DNA from: Octopus sinensis
Lineage: Eukaryota
DNA length: 64,000 bases
NCBI RefSeq assembly: GCF_006345805.1
Contig: NC_043004.1
Span: 67,332,001 to 67,396,000, forward strand
Reading direction: 5' to 3'
Shown here: piece after piece, positions 26,543 to 42,258 of the stretch
Layout of the letters: each line of letters starts with the position of its first letter
Numbering within the stretch: position 1 is the stretch's first letter
Translations under genes and position numbers: made by a program
Notes under the pieces: generated by a model
Seen by the model: the letters and a program-made list of their open reading frames with translations, nothing else
What the model was told of the DNA's origin: nothing
Databases searched by the model: none

Positions 26543-26830
26543 AGGCGTGCGTCTTGTTGGTTCGGGTATTTGGCTCATCCTCTTGAGTTCGATTCCCGGC
26601 CATGTATTGTGTTCTTGAGCAACCAACTTTATTTCACGTTACTTCAGTCCACCCAGCTGCCAAAAATGAGCTGAGGCTGTATTTTAAATGGGCCAGGTTT
26701 GTCACAATTTGTGTCACGCTGAATCGTGGAGTGCTCAGGCCCTTGCACGTTAATTTTATGAGAAGGATGTTCTGTTGATCGGGTCAACTGGAGCCCTTGT
26801 CGTCGTAACCGACAGAGGGCCGGTTCCTGT
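26543..26830 (+). mobile_element. SINE family B, near full length
   Basis: tRNA-like head (GAGTTCGATTCCCGG), central TTGAGCAA...ATTTCACGTT.CT.CAGTCCAC.CAGCTG domain, and a tail shared with 1815-1990. Confidence 0.8.
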
Positions 26831-27309
26831 TGAGACCCCATTTTTGTCTTTTTGGCCTTATTTCTTTTACTTTATTGAAAACCACACGAAGAAAATCGTA
26901 AGAATATTTGAAAATAAGCTGAAAATATTTTATTTGAATGCAAGAAGCTAATTCCTGTCACAGATAAAACTTTATAGATGCTTTCAAGTGTTATGTTGTT
27001 GGTTAGAGTTCTCCATAGCAGCATGATCACGATGTTTTGCAGTCTTCAATTTTGCTACTAAAACAAAAACCAAAAGAAAAATCAAAAACAAAAAATAAAT
27101 GTTAATGCCACTTTAGCAATTAATTCTTGCATAAATATTATTCAGTTGGTCCTCCCACAGGTATGTGTACCTGCATATGTCTCGTTTGTACGTATGTATA
27201 GATGCGTGTGTTCGTGGAGGTGTATGTATGTATATAATTGAAAATAAGCATATACACACATACATAGAAATAGATATAAATGATAGATAGATACATACGT
27301 ACATGCATA

Positions 27310-27416
27310 CAAAATATATCATGGATAGATAGGCAGACAGTCCGATAGATAGATGAATAGATAAATATATAGATAGACAAATAGATAGATAGATAGATAG
27401 ATAGATAGATTGATAG

Positions 27417-27483
<67 letters not shown>

Positions 27484-27498
27484 GATAGATAGATAGAC

Positions 27499-27536
<38 letters not shown>

Positions 27537-27565
27537 TAGATAGATAGATAGTAGATAGATAGACA

Positions 27566-27599
<34 letters not shown>

Positions 27600-27623
27600 G
27601 GATAGATAGATAGATAGATAGAC

Positions 27624-27669
<46 letters not shown>

Positions 27670-27740
27670 GTAGACAGATAGATAGGTAGACAGATAGAGA
27701 GATAGACAGAGAGACAGACAGACATAAATACATATATATA
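27310..27740. repeat. (GATA)n compound microsatellite (others at 11220-11310, 24575-24660, 35050-35210, 41910-42000, 50485-50630, 53980-54355)
   Basis: Directly visible. Confidence 0.95.
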
Positions 27741-28144
27741 TATACATACATACTTACATACGGACATTTCTAGCCGTTATCGTGATGCAATTTTATTAGC
27801 ATGCTTCCGCTCTCTGCTGACAGCTTTGTGGAAGTTTAGTGACAGATTGAATAGAATGTCTACATTAGGACAATGCATTACACGACACCAGTATAGTGCT
27901 CATAAATTATTCATAACCTTATTCATTATCTAGCGAAATTTCTACTACTTTCAGTAATGTTATATAATTAATTATACTTATTCCTCAATCTGTATCCATT
28001 GTAACAAATTTAGACCATGGCACCTATTCTGATACGATTCAAAAGTGGAATGACGATACATCCTGTCAAATGATATTACTTAGCGTTCGTAAATTGATCA
28101 TCGCGTTTCATCGCCTTTCTCGGAGGATATTACATGTATCACAT

Positions 28145-28505
<361 letters not shown>

Positions 28506-28699
28506 AGCTTTAACTGAGAATATCTCAGAAGAACCAAGTTAATTATAGGAAGGAGTCTGAATGGAAAAAAAAAGCAAAATGAGGGCAATGAACACTTGGG
28601 CTGTTTCTTTCATGTGATTTAGTGCAGGTTTTGTTAGGTGGACAAAGAACAAGCTTGAAGAAATGGGGAGGAAAACTGGAAAAGTGATGATAATTAACA

Positions 28700-29800
28700 A
28701 GAAACGATGGCCCAAAATGATGCTGACAGAGTGTATGTGCCTAGAAACAGGTGTGGAAGATGTCTTATAGGATGCAAGGTCTCTGTTATCAACGAGAACA
28801 GTTTAGGATGGTGCATCAAACAGCAGACTGAATCCTCGCTTGCCGCTGATAAAATTTACAGTATAATGCCTACTGAAAATGTGATACACCCACAAATATT
28901 TAAGAAACAAGATGAAGAAGAACGAGTAAACAAATGGACAATGAAAGCCCTGTAGGGGCAATACTTGTGAGAAATTGACGGATAAGACAAGATCCACACT
29001 TGGAGATGGCTAAAAAAACAAGTGATCTGAAAGGATGCATTGAGGTATTGACATGAAACGCCCAAGAACATGCTCTGAGAGCATTATCACACCATGTTCC
29101 AAACACATGAGTAGCGAATCGCCCCTTTGTAGCGTGTGTGGCAGCAGAAATGAAACAATCTCACATATTGTGAGTGTAGCGAGATGGCTAAAAAGCACGA
29201 CAGATGGAGACACGATAATGCCTCCTGTTCCTACACTGGCTGCTATTTGAATATTATAGTCTGAACAGAGCACGGAAATGGTACGAACATGAACCAGAAG
29301 GAATCACCGAAAACGAGGAACATAATATAGTGTGGGATTTTACAATCAAATGGGACTCCCTAATGGAGGCTTTGAAACTAGATATTGCTGTGGTAGATAA
29401 AGGAAAAAGGAAACCACGATCATAGATATTGCAATACCTGGAGATACATGCATTAGTGACAAAGAAGTAGAAAAGATTGAAATGTACAGACTACTAAATA
29501 ATGAAATTTCACGAATGTAGAGTGTCTGTCATTCCAGTTGCTGTAGGGGCACTTGGGGCAATAACAACCAATTTCGAGAAATATGTTAAAGAAATCGAAA
29601 TTCACAAATCCAGAAAGCTGTTCTGCTTGGGCCAGCTATGATTTGAGACTGATATTAGGATGTTGAATGTTTCCCACGGTATTTAACAACCAAGTATCAA
29701 AGCTTATAACATGTGCAGAAAGAGACACTGTGAGACCTCTGACGGTCGGCTGCTGCCTGCTCTCACGAAATCTACCAGAACAAAAATTACCGATCGTTCT
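28700..29800 (+). mobile_element. Decayed R4/Dong-like non-LTR retrotransposon 3' part
   Basis: Fragments read ADRVYVPRNRCGRCLIG, KWTMKAL*GQY, SPLCSVCGSRNETISHIVS, WYEHEPEGITENEEHNIVWDFTI, LDIAVVDK, IDIAIPGD...KEVEKIEMY and IPVAVGALG, with many stops and frameshifts. Confidence 0.88.
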
Positions 29801-30111
29801 AAGAAGTAAAACAATAATAACAGTTTCTGTTATAGGCTCAACGCCTAGAATTTGTGTAGGATTTCTCCGTATTTTCCGTCCTTGTTTTTGTATGCATTCG
29901 CTGCTTTCTTCTAAGGAATCTAGTGCTCTTAGCTTAGTTTTCATTGGGGCTGGCCAGACTGGAGCAATCTCGATTATAACCAGCCGAAATTCCAAAGATA
30001 ATCTCGAACTCGACTGAATACAGAAAACTCCGAATGACTCGTCCTTGCTTTATTTTATCGCCTGTCTGGATGTTTTGCGTTCTTGTCTCATTTTAGAATT
30101 CCTTTGGTCTA

Positions 30112-30158
<47 letters not shown>

Positions 30159-30919
30159 GTGTGTGTTAGTGTATGTGTGTGCGTGTGCGTCTATGTACTT
30201 TTGGGTTCAGTGTGTTACTACTCGTTCTCGATAATAGTGTAATGGAAATAGGTACATTTTCAATTATATTCGCATATCGGCAACAGCTATAGCTTCACTG
30301 CTTACCGCCTTATTGAATTTGCATATTTGTAGGCTTAATTACTCGCCCTGTGCAGTACGCTAATTAACAAATTTCTCTCAGTTTGAACCTCATTTTTCAA
30401 ACTTTAATGGCTTTCTCAACAATATTCTTATAAGGCATTTTCTACCGTTGGCGTTCGAGAAATACGTTAAAATTTAATACCTATTATTGTACTCTTATGT
30501 GAATACATGCAAGCAAAACTGGAGAAATATAGGATCATATCTGCTGATTTATTGAAATTTATGTTTACTTTTATATTTGACACTTTCATTCATGGGTAAC
30601 CTAATATATTGCACGATTCCAGTTTCACAACACTTGGTGATCCATTGAGAGTTAAATGGATGGACTGTGGTGTGATTTGAACGGAAACTTGTGAAATATC
30701 AAACTACGTACGGGATGTTTGACGATTGTAATAAAATTACCAATACTCAAATTAAACATTACAGACGAGTAGTAAACGATATATATAGTTACACCTTTTA
30801 CATTATCATTTAAAATCTCTCCGGGTTCAGCTTTCTTAACTCTTGGGTTAATTCAATGTGTATTCAAGTACATGGGTCAATATATTTCATTATACCTTCA
30901 CCGCAAATACATGAACTAC

Positions 30920-31076
30920 CTTGCCAGTCGAAACATTTATTACACATTGCAGGTTGCTGTATGCATATGTGGTGCCACTGAGTGATAAGATTTCCTTTCA
31001 AACGTATTTCACTAAGTTTCAAAACACACCCAGGACGACTGAGCTTTGTTGAAATTACCAGAGAGGCATTATATTT
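30920..31076 (-). CDS. Candidate exon (phase 0-1): KYNASLVISTKLSRPGCVLKLSEIRLKGNLITQWHHICIQQPAMCNKCFDWQ
   Basis: Acceptor TTTTTGATTTTGTTTCAG and donor AAG|GTAGTT; 157 nt; one open frame. Confidence 0.38.
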
Positions 31077-32178
31077 CTGAAACAAAATCAAAAATTGAAA
31101 TTTGCTGGTTCCATTAATAAAAAGGACAAGCACTGATGAGACAGTTTCTATCAACTGCGCCTTAAGATTGTAAGTTCAAGCGCGAGATAGGTGCAAATGC
31201 TGTAAAGACTGAACTGAAATAAGACACTGCGAGACCTCTGACGGCTGGCTGCTGCCTGCTCTCACTAAATCTACCAGAACCAAAATGACCTATCGTAAAA
31301 CAATAATAATAACCTTCCTGTTTTAAGCGCAAGGCCTGGAGTTATGGGCGAAAGGGCAATTCGATTGCATCAATCCCATTATGCAACAGGTAATTATTTT
31401 ATTGACCTCCAGAGGTTGAGAGGCACAGTCAACCATGCCGGAGTTTGAAGTCAGGAAACGTCAGATATATATATATATATATATTTAAATATATATATAT
31501 ATTTATATATATATATATATTTATATATATATTTATATATATAAAGGTACCCGAGAACGAGCTAGTACCGTTAAGCAAACAGTTGATGTAATATACTATC
31601 AAAGTAGACCACTGTGGGATTTGAATTCAAAACGCTATGAGCGTGAATATATCAAGGCAATCCATCCGAGGCTTTAAAGCTTCGGGCATTCTATTGTCTA
31701 GTCTTGCTGAAAGAAATGCGAAGTTTGAGTTGAGACGGGTTTTAAGTCGAAATAAAGTCTCGTATGGCATTTCGTTCCACCTACCCTTGTTTGTCCGTAT
31801 TTGGCAGTCTCAGCGTAGAACAAAAACAATTAGCTAGTATTAGTTTGTGTTCAGAGTTCATAGCTTGTTCAGTTTTGATTTACGTTTATAAAATCAGAGG
31901 ATCATCAAGTGAAGTACGTAAGCAGATCATAGTTTGACGAAATATAAAAGTGTGAAATTTTGTGCTTTAACGTATTGGTCTGTGATAAATATGCGATCGT
32001 AAAAACGAGGATCGAGATGGGACTCTTCCGAAACACATCTGGGGTAATGTCAATCGACAGGGTGCATAAATCGGAGACCAGAGAATTACTTCAGGCCGAG
32101 CCGCTAATTGCCCGCATTGAGTTGTCACAGCTCCACTGCTGTAAACACGTGATTAGAATGTCACAGGATAGAATCACT

Positions 32179-32270
<92 letters not shown>

Positions 32271-32379
32271 CAGAAAAGGCCAAAAGAACTTTTCTAGACA
32301 TGGGTCCATGAGACCGTTTTCCAGGGTTCTATGGCGTAAATACTCCGATCCCTAGATGCCACAGCATGCAGTCAGATCA

Positions 32380-32537
32380 CTAGCCACTGCACATTCTCTA
32401 TTTTCTGTGTTCCTTTCTGTGGAAGAGCGTAGACTCGAAAAGTCTAAGAGGCTTTCACTTCACGCGTGTTAAACTAATACATCTGATTGTTGTCTACACC
32501 ACATGTCTTCATCTTTTGTTATTTTTGTGTGAATTTT

Positions 32538-32541
<4 letters not shown>
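32380..32541 (+). mobile_element. Short interspersed element H with a hammerhead-like motif (second copy 42002-42178)
   Basis: Both copies share TAGCCACT.CACATT...GTGGAAG.GCGTAG.CTCGAAA...GTTAAACTAATACAT...GTTGTCTACACCAC and end at a (TA)n tract. Confidence 0.8.
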
Positions 32542-32596
<55 letters not shown>

Positions 32597-33628
32597 TGAT
32601 AGGAGACAGACAGACAGATTGATAGATAGATAGATAGATATATAGATATATAGATAGATAGATAGATATATAGATATATAGATAGATAGATAAATAGATG
32701 GATGTAAAGTTCCAAAGCTTAAACATAAACACAACAAGGGAACAAACGGTAAAATTCACACACAAGACAGGGGGTGCTCTTTCTTCGTCAGATGTCGTCC
32801 AAATATTCTGAATATTTCGCGCCTTTAACAATAATATTGATAATTTTTGGTAGTATCTATAGCAGGGTTTTGCATGGAATCTCAAGCATACGTTGAAGAC
32901 TGATGAAAACAAACATGAAACGGACGTGAATATATAACCAAGGCTAATATACAATATGTAAACGGGTCTAAGATGATACGAACATAAGGGAAAGGCAACG
33001 GAAATTTTTCAATAGCGATAAAAACGGAAATGAGACATAGAAATACAGAATGACAAATGAAGAATAACAAACCGGGAACGAGCGAATCGGGAGCGCATAT
33101 ATACATATACTTACATACTTACATATTTACACAGATACATGCATACATACATACATATATGTATGTATATGTATATATATATATATATAATATATATATA
33201 TTATATATATATATATTATGCATGTATACACACGCACACACACAAACACAAACATATATATGTATTTTTATGAACACAGAGATAGACAAAAATAAATGGA
33301 AAGAACATAAAACGAATATATATATTTGAGTAGTAGAATGAATTATCTTGTTATGGATAATTCGGTTAACCGATACCTGGGTAGCAAATTCACATCAGGT
33401 AGCACACACATATGCATCAGGTAGCAAATTCACATCACGTTTGAAGTTTGAAGTTACGTGCTTTCGTGTGGAAATTTGTATGTGTTTTTTTTAAAATATA
33501 AATATATGAACGACGAATATGTTTCGAAGGCTGCATATCCCTAATTGCGAAGGAATAAGGAGTATCTTATGTCGCTTTCTCATCAGGAAAAGCAAGGAAC
33601 TTATGTGAACATCAAGATGCACAAATAA

Positions 33629-33705
<77 letters not shown>

Positions 33706-33817
33706 ATAGAATAAAGAAATGCAAAAACGTATAAAATGCTTAGGTTCACGTGGACATGCATACATAACATGTGTGTGTGTGTGTGTGTGTTTGCGCGTGC
33801 ATATGTGTGTGTGTGTG

Positions 33818-33856
<39 letters not shown>

Positions 33857-34423
33857 TGTACGTTTGAAGTGTATGATTTTTTTCCCTATCGTTTCAGCTC
33901 AGAGCTACGGCCATGCTGATGCACCGTAGTTGCGATCTGAAATTTCAGTCTCTCAGAATATGGAAATATGCAAATATGAAAATATCAAACCGGCGAAATG
34001 CAAAAAAGTAACGCAAAATGTGTTAATTGATACATCAATGAAGTGGTGTAAACATGAACCCGACATCTTTGTTTAGATAGTTCTTCGCAGGATTATATAA
34101 GTATTAAAAAAAACTATAAGCATCTCATACAAGTATAGAAACAATAATATGTCAATAACAACGCAGATAATAATTGATGCTATCTGTATGGAGTAAGCGA
34201 CAGGTCAGCCAAATAAAATACATCGTTACTGGAATAAAAGGCAAATGCCTGTGTGACGTTTAGAGGGCACGTGATAGAACGTAACAAATCGTCATAATTG
34301 GACACGTTGGTTTATTTTGGTGGCTACGGTGGTAGTGGTGCTGGGGGTGGGGGTGGGGGTTGTCGGTGCAGTGGCGGAGACAGGTACGTAGGTGGTAGAG
34401 ATGGTGAGCTTCTGTACTACTAG

Positions 34424-34457
<34 letters not shown>

Positions 34458-34693
34458 GCTACTACTACTACCACTGCTGCTGCTGCTGCTGCTCATACTA
34501 CTGCTGCTGCTGCTACTACTACTACTATTACTACTGCTACTAATGATAATAATAATAATAATAATAATAATGATAATAATAATAATAATACTGTTCCTAT
34601 TACTACTTCTGCGAGTAATACACTACTGATGTAGCTACTACCATTACTACTACTACTGATGCTGCTACTACCTCTACTACTACTACTACTACT

Positions 34694-36474
<1,781 letters not shown>

Positions 36475-36720
36475 GGAACGTATTAAGATGCATAGACACA
36501 CGTGCGTGCGCGCACTCACGCAGACGCACACAGACTTACGCACACGCAGACACACAAAATTCCTAGAAACACACAAAACTCTATACGAAAGCATAGTGAC
36601 GCACGCTCATACTGCACTCACTCAAGTACAAGCAGAATGAAGCTAAGACAAACACACGCACATACCCAGACACACCTGCAAAAAAGCACACACATTCATA
36701 CGCACACACACATATACACA

Positions 36721-37050
36721 CAACACGCGCACACTGGTAGAATCACGCACGCGCAATCGCCGGCACGTGAAGCGACGACGAGTGGATGACAGTTGCAAGA
36801 AGACGCTGATCACCAATGACAAGGGTGACGTCACCACCGCTCTGATGTCGTCGTCGGCAACAGAAATAGGCGATTGCATTGGTGTTAGCTTAAATGCAAC
36901 CAACCAGCAGCCGAACCGACCAGCCAGCCCGCCTGCCAACAACCAACAACTTCTTGTTTTCCTGTCCACTATATGTGACGGCAGTAATCGTGGTGGTGCT
37001 CGTAGAGCGGTGGCGATGAAGGCGTGTTAGAATGGCGTGTACGTTCTTCT
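36721..37050. promoter_or_regulatory. CpG-rich island with promoter-type motifs
   Basis: About 29 CpG by hand count in ~330 bp. E-box CACGTG at 36764, palindromic GGTGACGTCACC (full CRE) at 36824-36835, CCAAT at 36813 and ATTGG at ~36878. Confidence 0.4.
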
Positions 37051-37711
37051 CCTAACTAAAAATACAGAAATATTAAGATAAAATTTCCCAAGTCTCTGTT
37101 TGCATTCCAAAGTGAAGTAATTCTTCATATATACACACATTCGCTCAATACATAATTTTAAAATGTCGTCCGTGTCATTTTTCTCAAATTCTTTCTATCA
37201 ATCACAATATTCTGTCTCCCACTTTCCCGCTTCTTAATGTCTTTTCATGTTATGTTCTCCACATCATTCCTATTCTCTCCTCCCTTTCTTTCTCTATCTC
37301 CGTCTCTCTCTATATATATATATCATATTCTCTTTCCTTTCTTCCCTCTCCCTCATCATTCTCCTCTGTCTATTTATCTATTTTCCCTCTATCTCTCCCT
37401 CCCCAAATCTTTCTCCAAATCTATCCCTATCTATCTAGCACACACTCCCTCACCCTCTACTGTTCTCTCCTTCTCTCTCTGTATTTATTTCACTCTCTTC
37501 TCTCCCCCTCTCTCTCATTTTGTTCTATTTCTTTTATTCTTTCCACCTTCCTATCTTACTTTTACCCTATCTTTCCCGTTCCCTCTTTTTCTAATTCAGT
37601 ACAACCTTGTGCGTGTATTGAAATCCATGGCTATGCCCATATGCGCGCGCACTTGTGTGTGTATGTATTTGCGGCCGTGTTCATCCAGATATTATTATAT
37701 ACTCATCCGAA

Positions 37712-38105
37712 AGCGGCGAACTGGCAGAATCGTTAGCACGCCGGGTGATATGGTGAATGGTATTTCCTCTGTCACTACGTTGTGAGTTCGAATTCCGCCG
37801 AGATCGACTTTGCCATTCATCCATTCGGTGTCGATAAATTAAGTACCAGTTACGCACTGAGGTCGATATATTCGACTTAATCCGTTTGTCTGTCCTTGTT
37901 TGCCCTCTCTGTGTCTAGACCCTTGTGGGTAGTAAGGTAATAGGTATTTCGTCTGCCGCTACATTGTGAGTTCGAACTTCGCCGAGGTCGACTTTGCCTA
38001 TCATCATTTCGAGTTCGATAAATTAAGTACCAGTGAAACACTAAGGTCGATGGAACTGACTAACCCTCCCACGACAAAGGTCAGGCCTTGTACCTTTAGT
38101 AGAAA
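37712..38105 (+). mobile_element. SINE family A, head plus two bodies
   Basis: GCGGCGAACTGGCAGAATCGTTAGCACG, then the core repeated at ~37790 and ~37970. Confidence 0.9.
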
Positions 38106-38270
38106 GGATTAGATACTAATACATAAACAGACAAATACAATTCCACGCAGGGTCTCCATACAACCATAACGGTAAAAAATGTGTAGGAAAGGAAACTTGT
38201 AGTTATACTTGTCTCACACATATGCGCATGAGTGTGTGTGTGTGTGCATTGTGTGTGTGTACGTGTGTGT

Positions 38271-38309
<39 letters not shown>

Positions 38310-38572
38310 TGAGCCAAATGCCATGAAGAATAAAAATATAGTTGGTGTAACATCAGAGATTACCAGATTATGGCCACGGAACCCAGTACGATGCCATTCT
38401 TCTTTACTAAGTTACTTCGAGCCTTAATGTGTGTGGTATATATATATATATATATAAATTCTTATCTTATGAGAATTAAACTGCCTTTATATACTAACCG
38501 CTGAAAAATCTCTTTTGAGTACCTAACATTGAATAAACCGCTAAAAGTTTGGAGAAATCACTTACTAATAAC

Positions 38573-38612
<40 letters not shown>

Positions 38613-40860
38613 CACATTCATATTTTATTGAGGATAAACGTTACAACATTCCTTGTGTAATTAATGAGATTTTGAAGTAACATTTTATTAATCTAGTAAT
38701 GAACCTACGTTGTCACATATGACAGCAATTCACACACGTCTTAAAAATTATTCTTATTGATAATTTAGGAAAAGGAATGAAGCAACAAATCTATGAACTT
38801 ACAGGTCCAATTAGTCGCTCAAATAAAGATGGTATTGCTGACAATCTTCCTTTAAAATTCCCTAAAAGAGGTTGAGCGCATGGTTGTATGTATTTGTTTG
38901 ACGACCGATCTCGGTGATGAAATTATGCAAGGCATAAACATTGAGTTCAGATTTAGCCGGATACAACTTCTGAGTTTGTGTGTGCGTGTGCATGAGTGAT
39001 ACGCTGATTTGCGCATTTTAAATGTTGTGAGAGGCCACGATTGTGCAAATTATGTAAAAAAGAAAGTTGTCCGTGAAAGAGTATTACTATTTAAATATGT
39101 ATTGCTTGTGAGCTAGAATTTCGTTACGAATAAATCTTAACTGATGTAATGAGCATGAAAAGATCCTATTTATTTATCTATCTAATTTATTTTGAGCGGC
39201 AGACATTTTATTATGCATTAAAAGAGAGACTAATACACCACACCTTATTTTGCCTGTTAAGAGAGGTATATTTCGAAATATTTGAATGCCTGCGAGTAGT
39301 GGATATATTTGGCACAAATTGGTGGGTTTTGAAGGTTCAAAGAATTTTACCCCGCATTTTGTTTTGCGATTCAGCTTCTCTAAACACAAACTGTTTCTAA
39401 ATTATTTGTATGATAAAATTTCTGCAAATGGACTACTTATAAAATACTCAAAACTCAGGAATATTCACACTTGTGACTATTTCGCCACAGAATGACTTGC
39501 AGAGAAGAGTTAACATGAAGAATTTTGGCGCTCTTTGATGTTCATCAAATGTGATTTTCAAACTGTGTTAGTATTAGATTTGTGTAGATTGTATGACACT
39601 ACTGTATCCAATGTTTTGTGGAATCTTAAAATCATCGAGAACCACAACGTATACCAGGACTGTGACGAATGTTACTTTTCCTACTACTGATACTATGAAA
39701 GCACTGCAAATGAGATATTTCAGTAATACATACCCATCATATATGCGTTGCTTAAAATTCTATTCCACAGTTTCTCCAACATTTCACTGGAAATGACTTT
39801 TGGATATAACCTATCTTAAGTGTTTACTGTGTTTTATACTGTAATATTCTCTAAAATTATTCTGTCTTGTGGTAATCATCGTAATCAACACTCTCTTAGA
39901 ATAGTTTCATATATCTTCAAATATTTGTTCTCAAATTATTAGAACAAAGAGGAAGACCAGCATTTATGAAATTTCTTAGATTCCCTAGTCTTGTGTAATA
40001 AAGGACAGAATGAAAGTTTTATTTGTAGAGTATTATAAAACCGGGACGAGCTTCCTGTTGAATGCGAAGACGGTTAATGTCGTAACCTAAATACCGGGGT
40101 CCGTTTTTGCTCGGTCTCCAGCATACAAACAGGATATGCTGTGTGGTGTGCGCAGTGTTTCCCTTCATTAATTCGTTTTCTTTATACTCACAAGATTTCT
40201 GTTTATTATATATGAGAGCAGAAAACATATGCCTATGTTGCTGTGCACAGGAAGCAAAAACGATGCGAACATGTTTTCTTATTTACACAGGTATTTCTCT
40301 GTTTTTTACTCTTGCTGTCTAAACCCAAATCAAACTTGAATATGGAAGACCGTTAGCAAAGTAATTCGCATCATGAGCATCCGTTTCTTCTTGGTATATC
40401 TATGGTATTTTACGTGATGTTCGTTTGTCGAAAGCAGTAGAGATTGTTTTTTTTTTTTTCTAAGTATTACTAATATTTATGTTGCTGTTGGTATTTTGCA
40501 ATACATCAGTTACTGTAGAAGATCAAAAATTCGCTAGTAATTAACAGAAACAGAGATATAGATACAATCTAGTGATTGCAGATGTTCTATGTCTGTTTGA
40601 ATCATAATCATGATACATACTTTTTGTGGAATTCAATGCCCTGTTATGTAAATCAAACAAAATATATTACATTAATTTCATAATGCAACGGGCAGCAGCT
40701 TATACGTATTCTGCTACCGTTGCAATCTCAAAAACATGGGGCAATATTTTTATTTACCTATCAATCTGTCTATCACTCTGTGAGTGCTTTTACGCATCTA
40801 TGTCTACACCCACCTACACCCACCTACATACGTATATATATATTTATATATATATTTATA

Positions 40861-40913
<53 letters not shown>

Positions 40914-40937
40914 ATAGTAGTAGTAGTGGTAGTGGTG

Positions 40938-40974
<37 letters not shown>

Positions 40975-41938
40975 AGTAGTAGTAATAGTAATAGTAGTAG
41001 TAGTGGCAGCAGTAGCAGTAGCAGCAACATCTTCAACAATATCTACATTTTAATGAGATATTTTTTCAACCAGTCGATTCGGATTTATAATTAAATACTA
41101 TAAAACGGAACTGACTATTTTTTTTTTGTTAAACTAATGTCTTTTACGTGTGATAGATATTTCATGAAAATTATGAAGTGGGTGTTATATCAGACGGAAT
41201 AGGAGAAGAAACAAATTGCACAGTTAAGAGAGTAAGCGCTGGAAAGACAGAGTATATTTATGAGGTACGTGTTTAAAAGTGTATTCTAATTGTAGTGCAT
41301 ATGAGAAAGTGATTGTGCGTAGAACGGAAGTGAGAAATAAATTGTAAGTAATGAGTAATAAAAGAAAGAAAATAAAAAAGGGAAAATATCTATAGTGAAA
41401 CAGGAAGTGACATACATTGACAATAGCGTGGAAGCAATTGATCGACTCTTCAAAAATAAAAGTTTAAAAAATAGTATAACATAACAAAGCTATAAGTTAA
41501 AATCTTCACTGCAGGCAAATTCAAGTTCATTTCCTAGTTATGACAAAAGATTGGGTTCATTGTGTTTTTACTGTTTTCATTTTCCTGCTCAGAATATTTC
41601 AAGAATACTTAACTATAAATGAAGAGAGAACGAGACGAGAGAGACGTTTTTCTTTTTCTTTTGGTATCTGTAAATAGAAAGAATGTACTGTATAGATTAA
41701 TATGAAGGAAAATGTGAAGCGCTGACAAAAAATTAGAATGAAAAGGAGAAGAAGGAAAGGAGAAAACAAATGTGAAGAAGAGAGAGATGTATTATTGATA
41801 TAGTACGGTGAAAACGACTGATCATTGTTTAAAGATATACATGTGTGTGCACGCGTGTGTGCGTGTGAAACACCTGATCATAGTCTATATATATATATAT
41901 ATATATATAGATAGATAGATAGATAGATAGATAGATGG

Positions 41939-41999
<61 letters not shown>

Positions 42000-42174
42000 C
42001 GCTAGCCACTACACATTCTTTACTTTCTCTCCTTGTTTCTTCTGTCTGTGTCGCTTATGTGGAAGTGCGTAGGCTCGAAATGTTATAGACTCTTTCATTT
42101 TCCGAGCGTTAAACTAATACATATGTTTGTTGTCTACACCACCTGCCTTGGTTTTTTTTTTTTGAGAATTCTTC

Positions 42175-42258
<84 letters not shown>

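Noticed and set aside
30286-30293. Octamer ATTTGCAT motifs (also near 33967 and 46758)
   Set aside because: Expected by chance several times in AT-rich DNA of this length.
32895-32930. CTGATGA...GAAAC at 32900; other CTGANGA hits at 31133, 33581, 36312 and 57483; half-motif at 58260-58290
   Set aside because: No stem II or stem I pairing, or no downstream GAAA. These are not supportable as hammerheads from this window.
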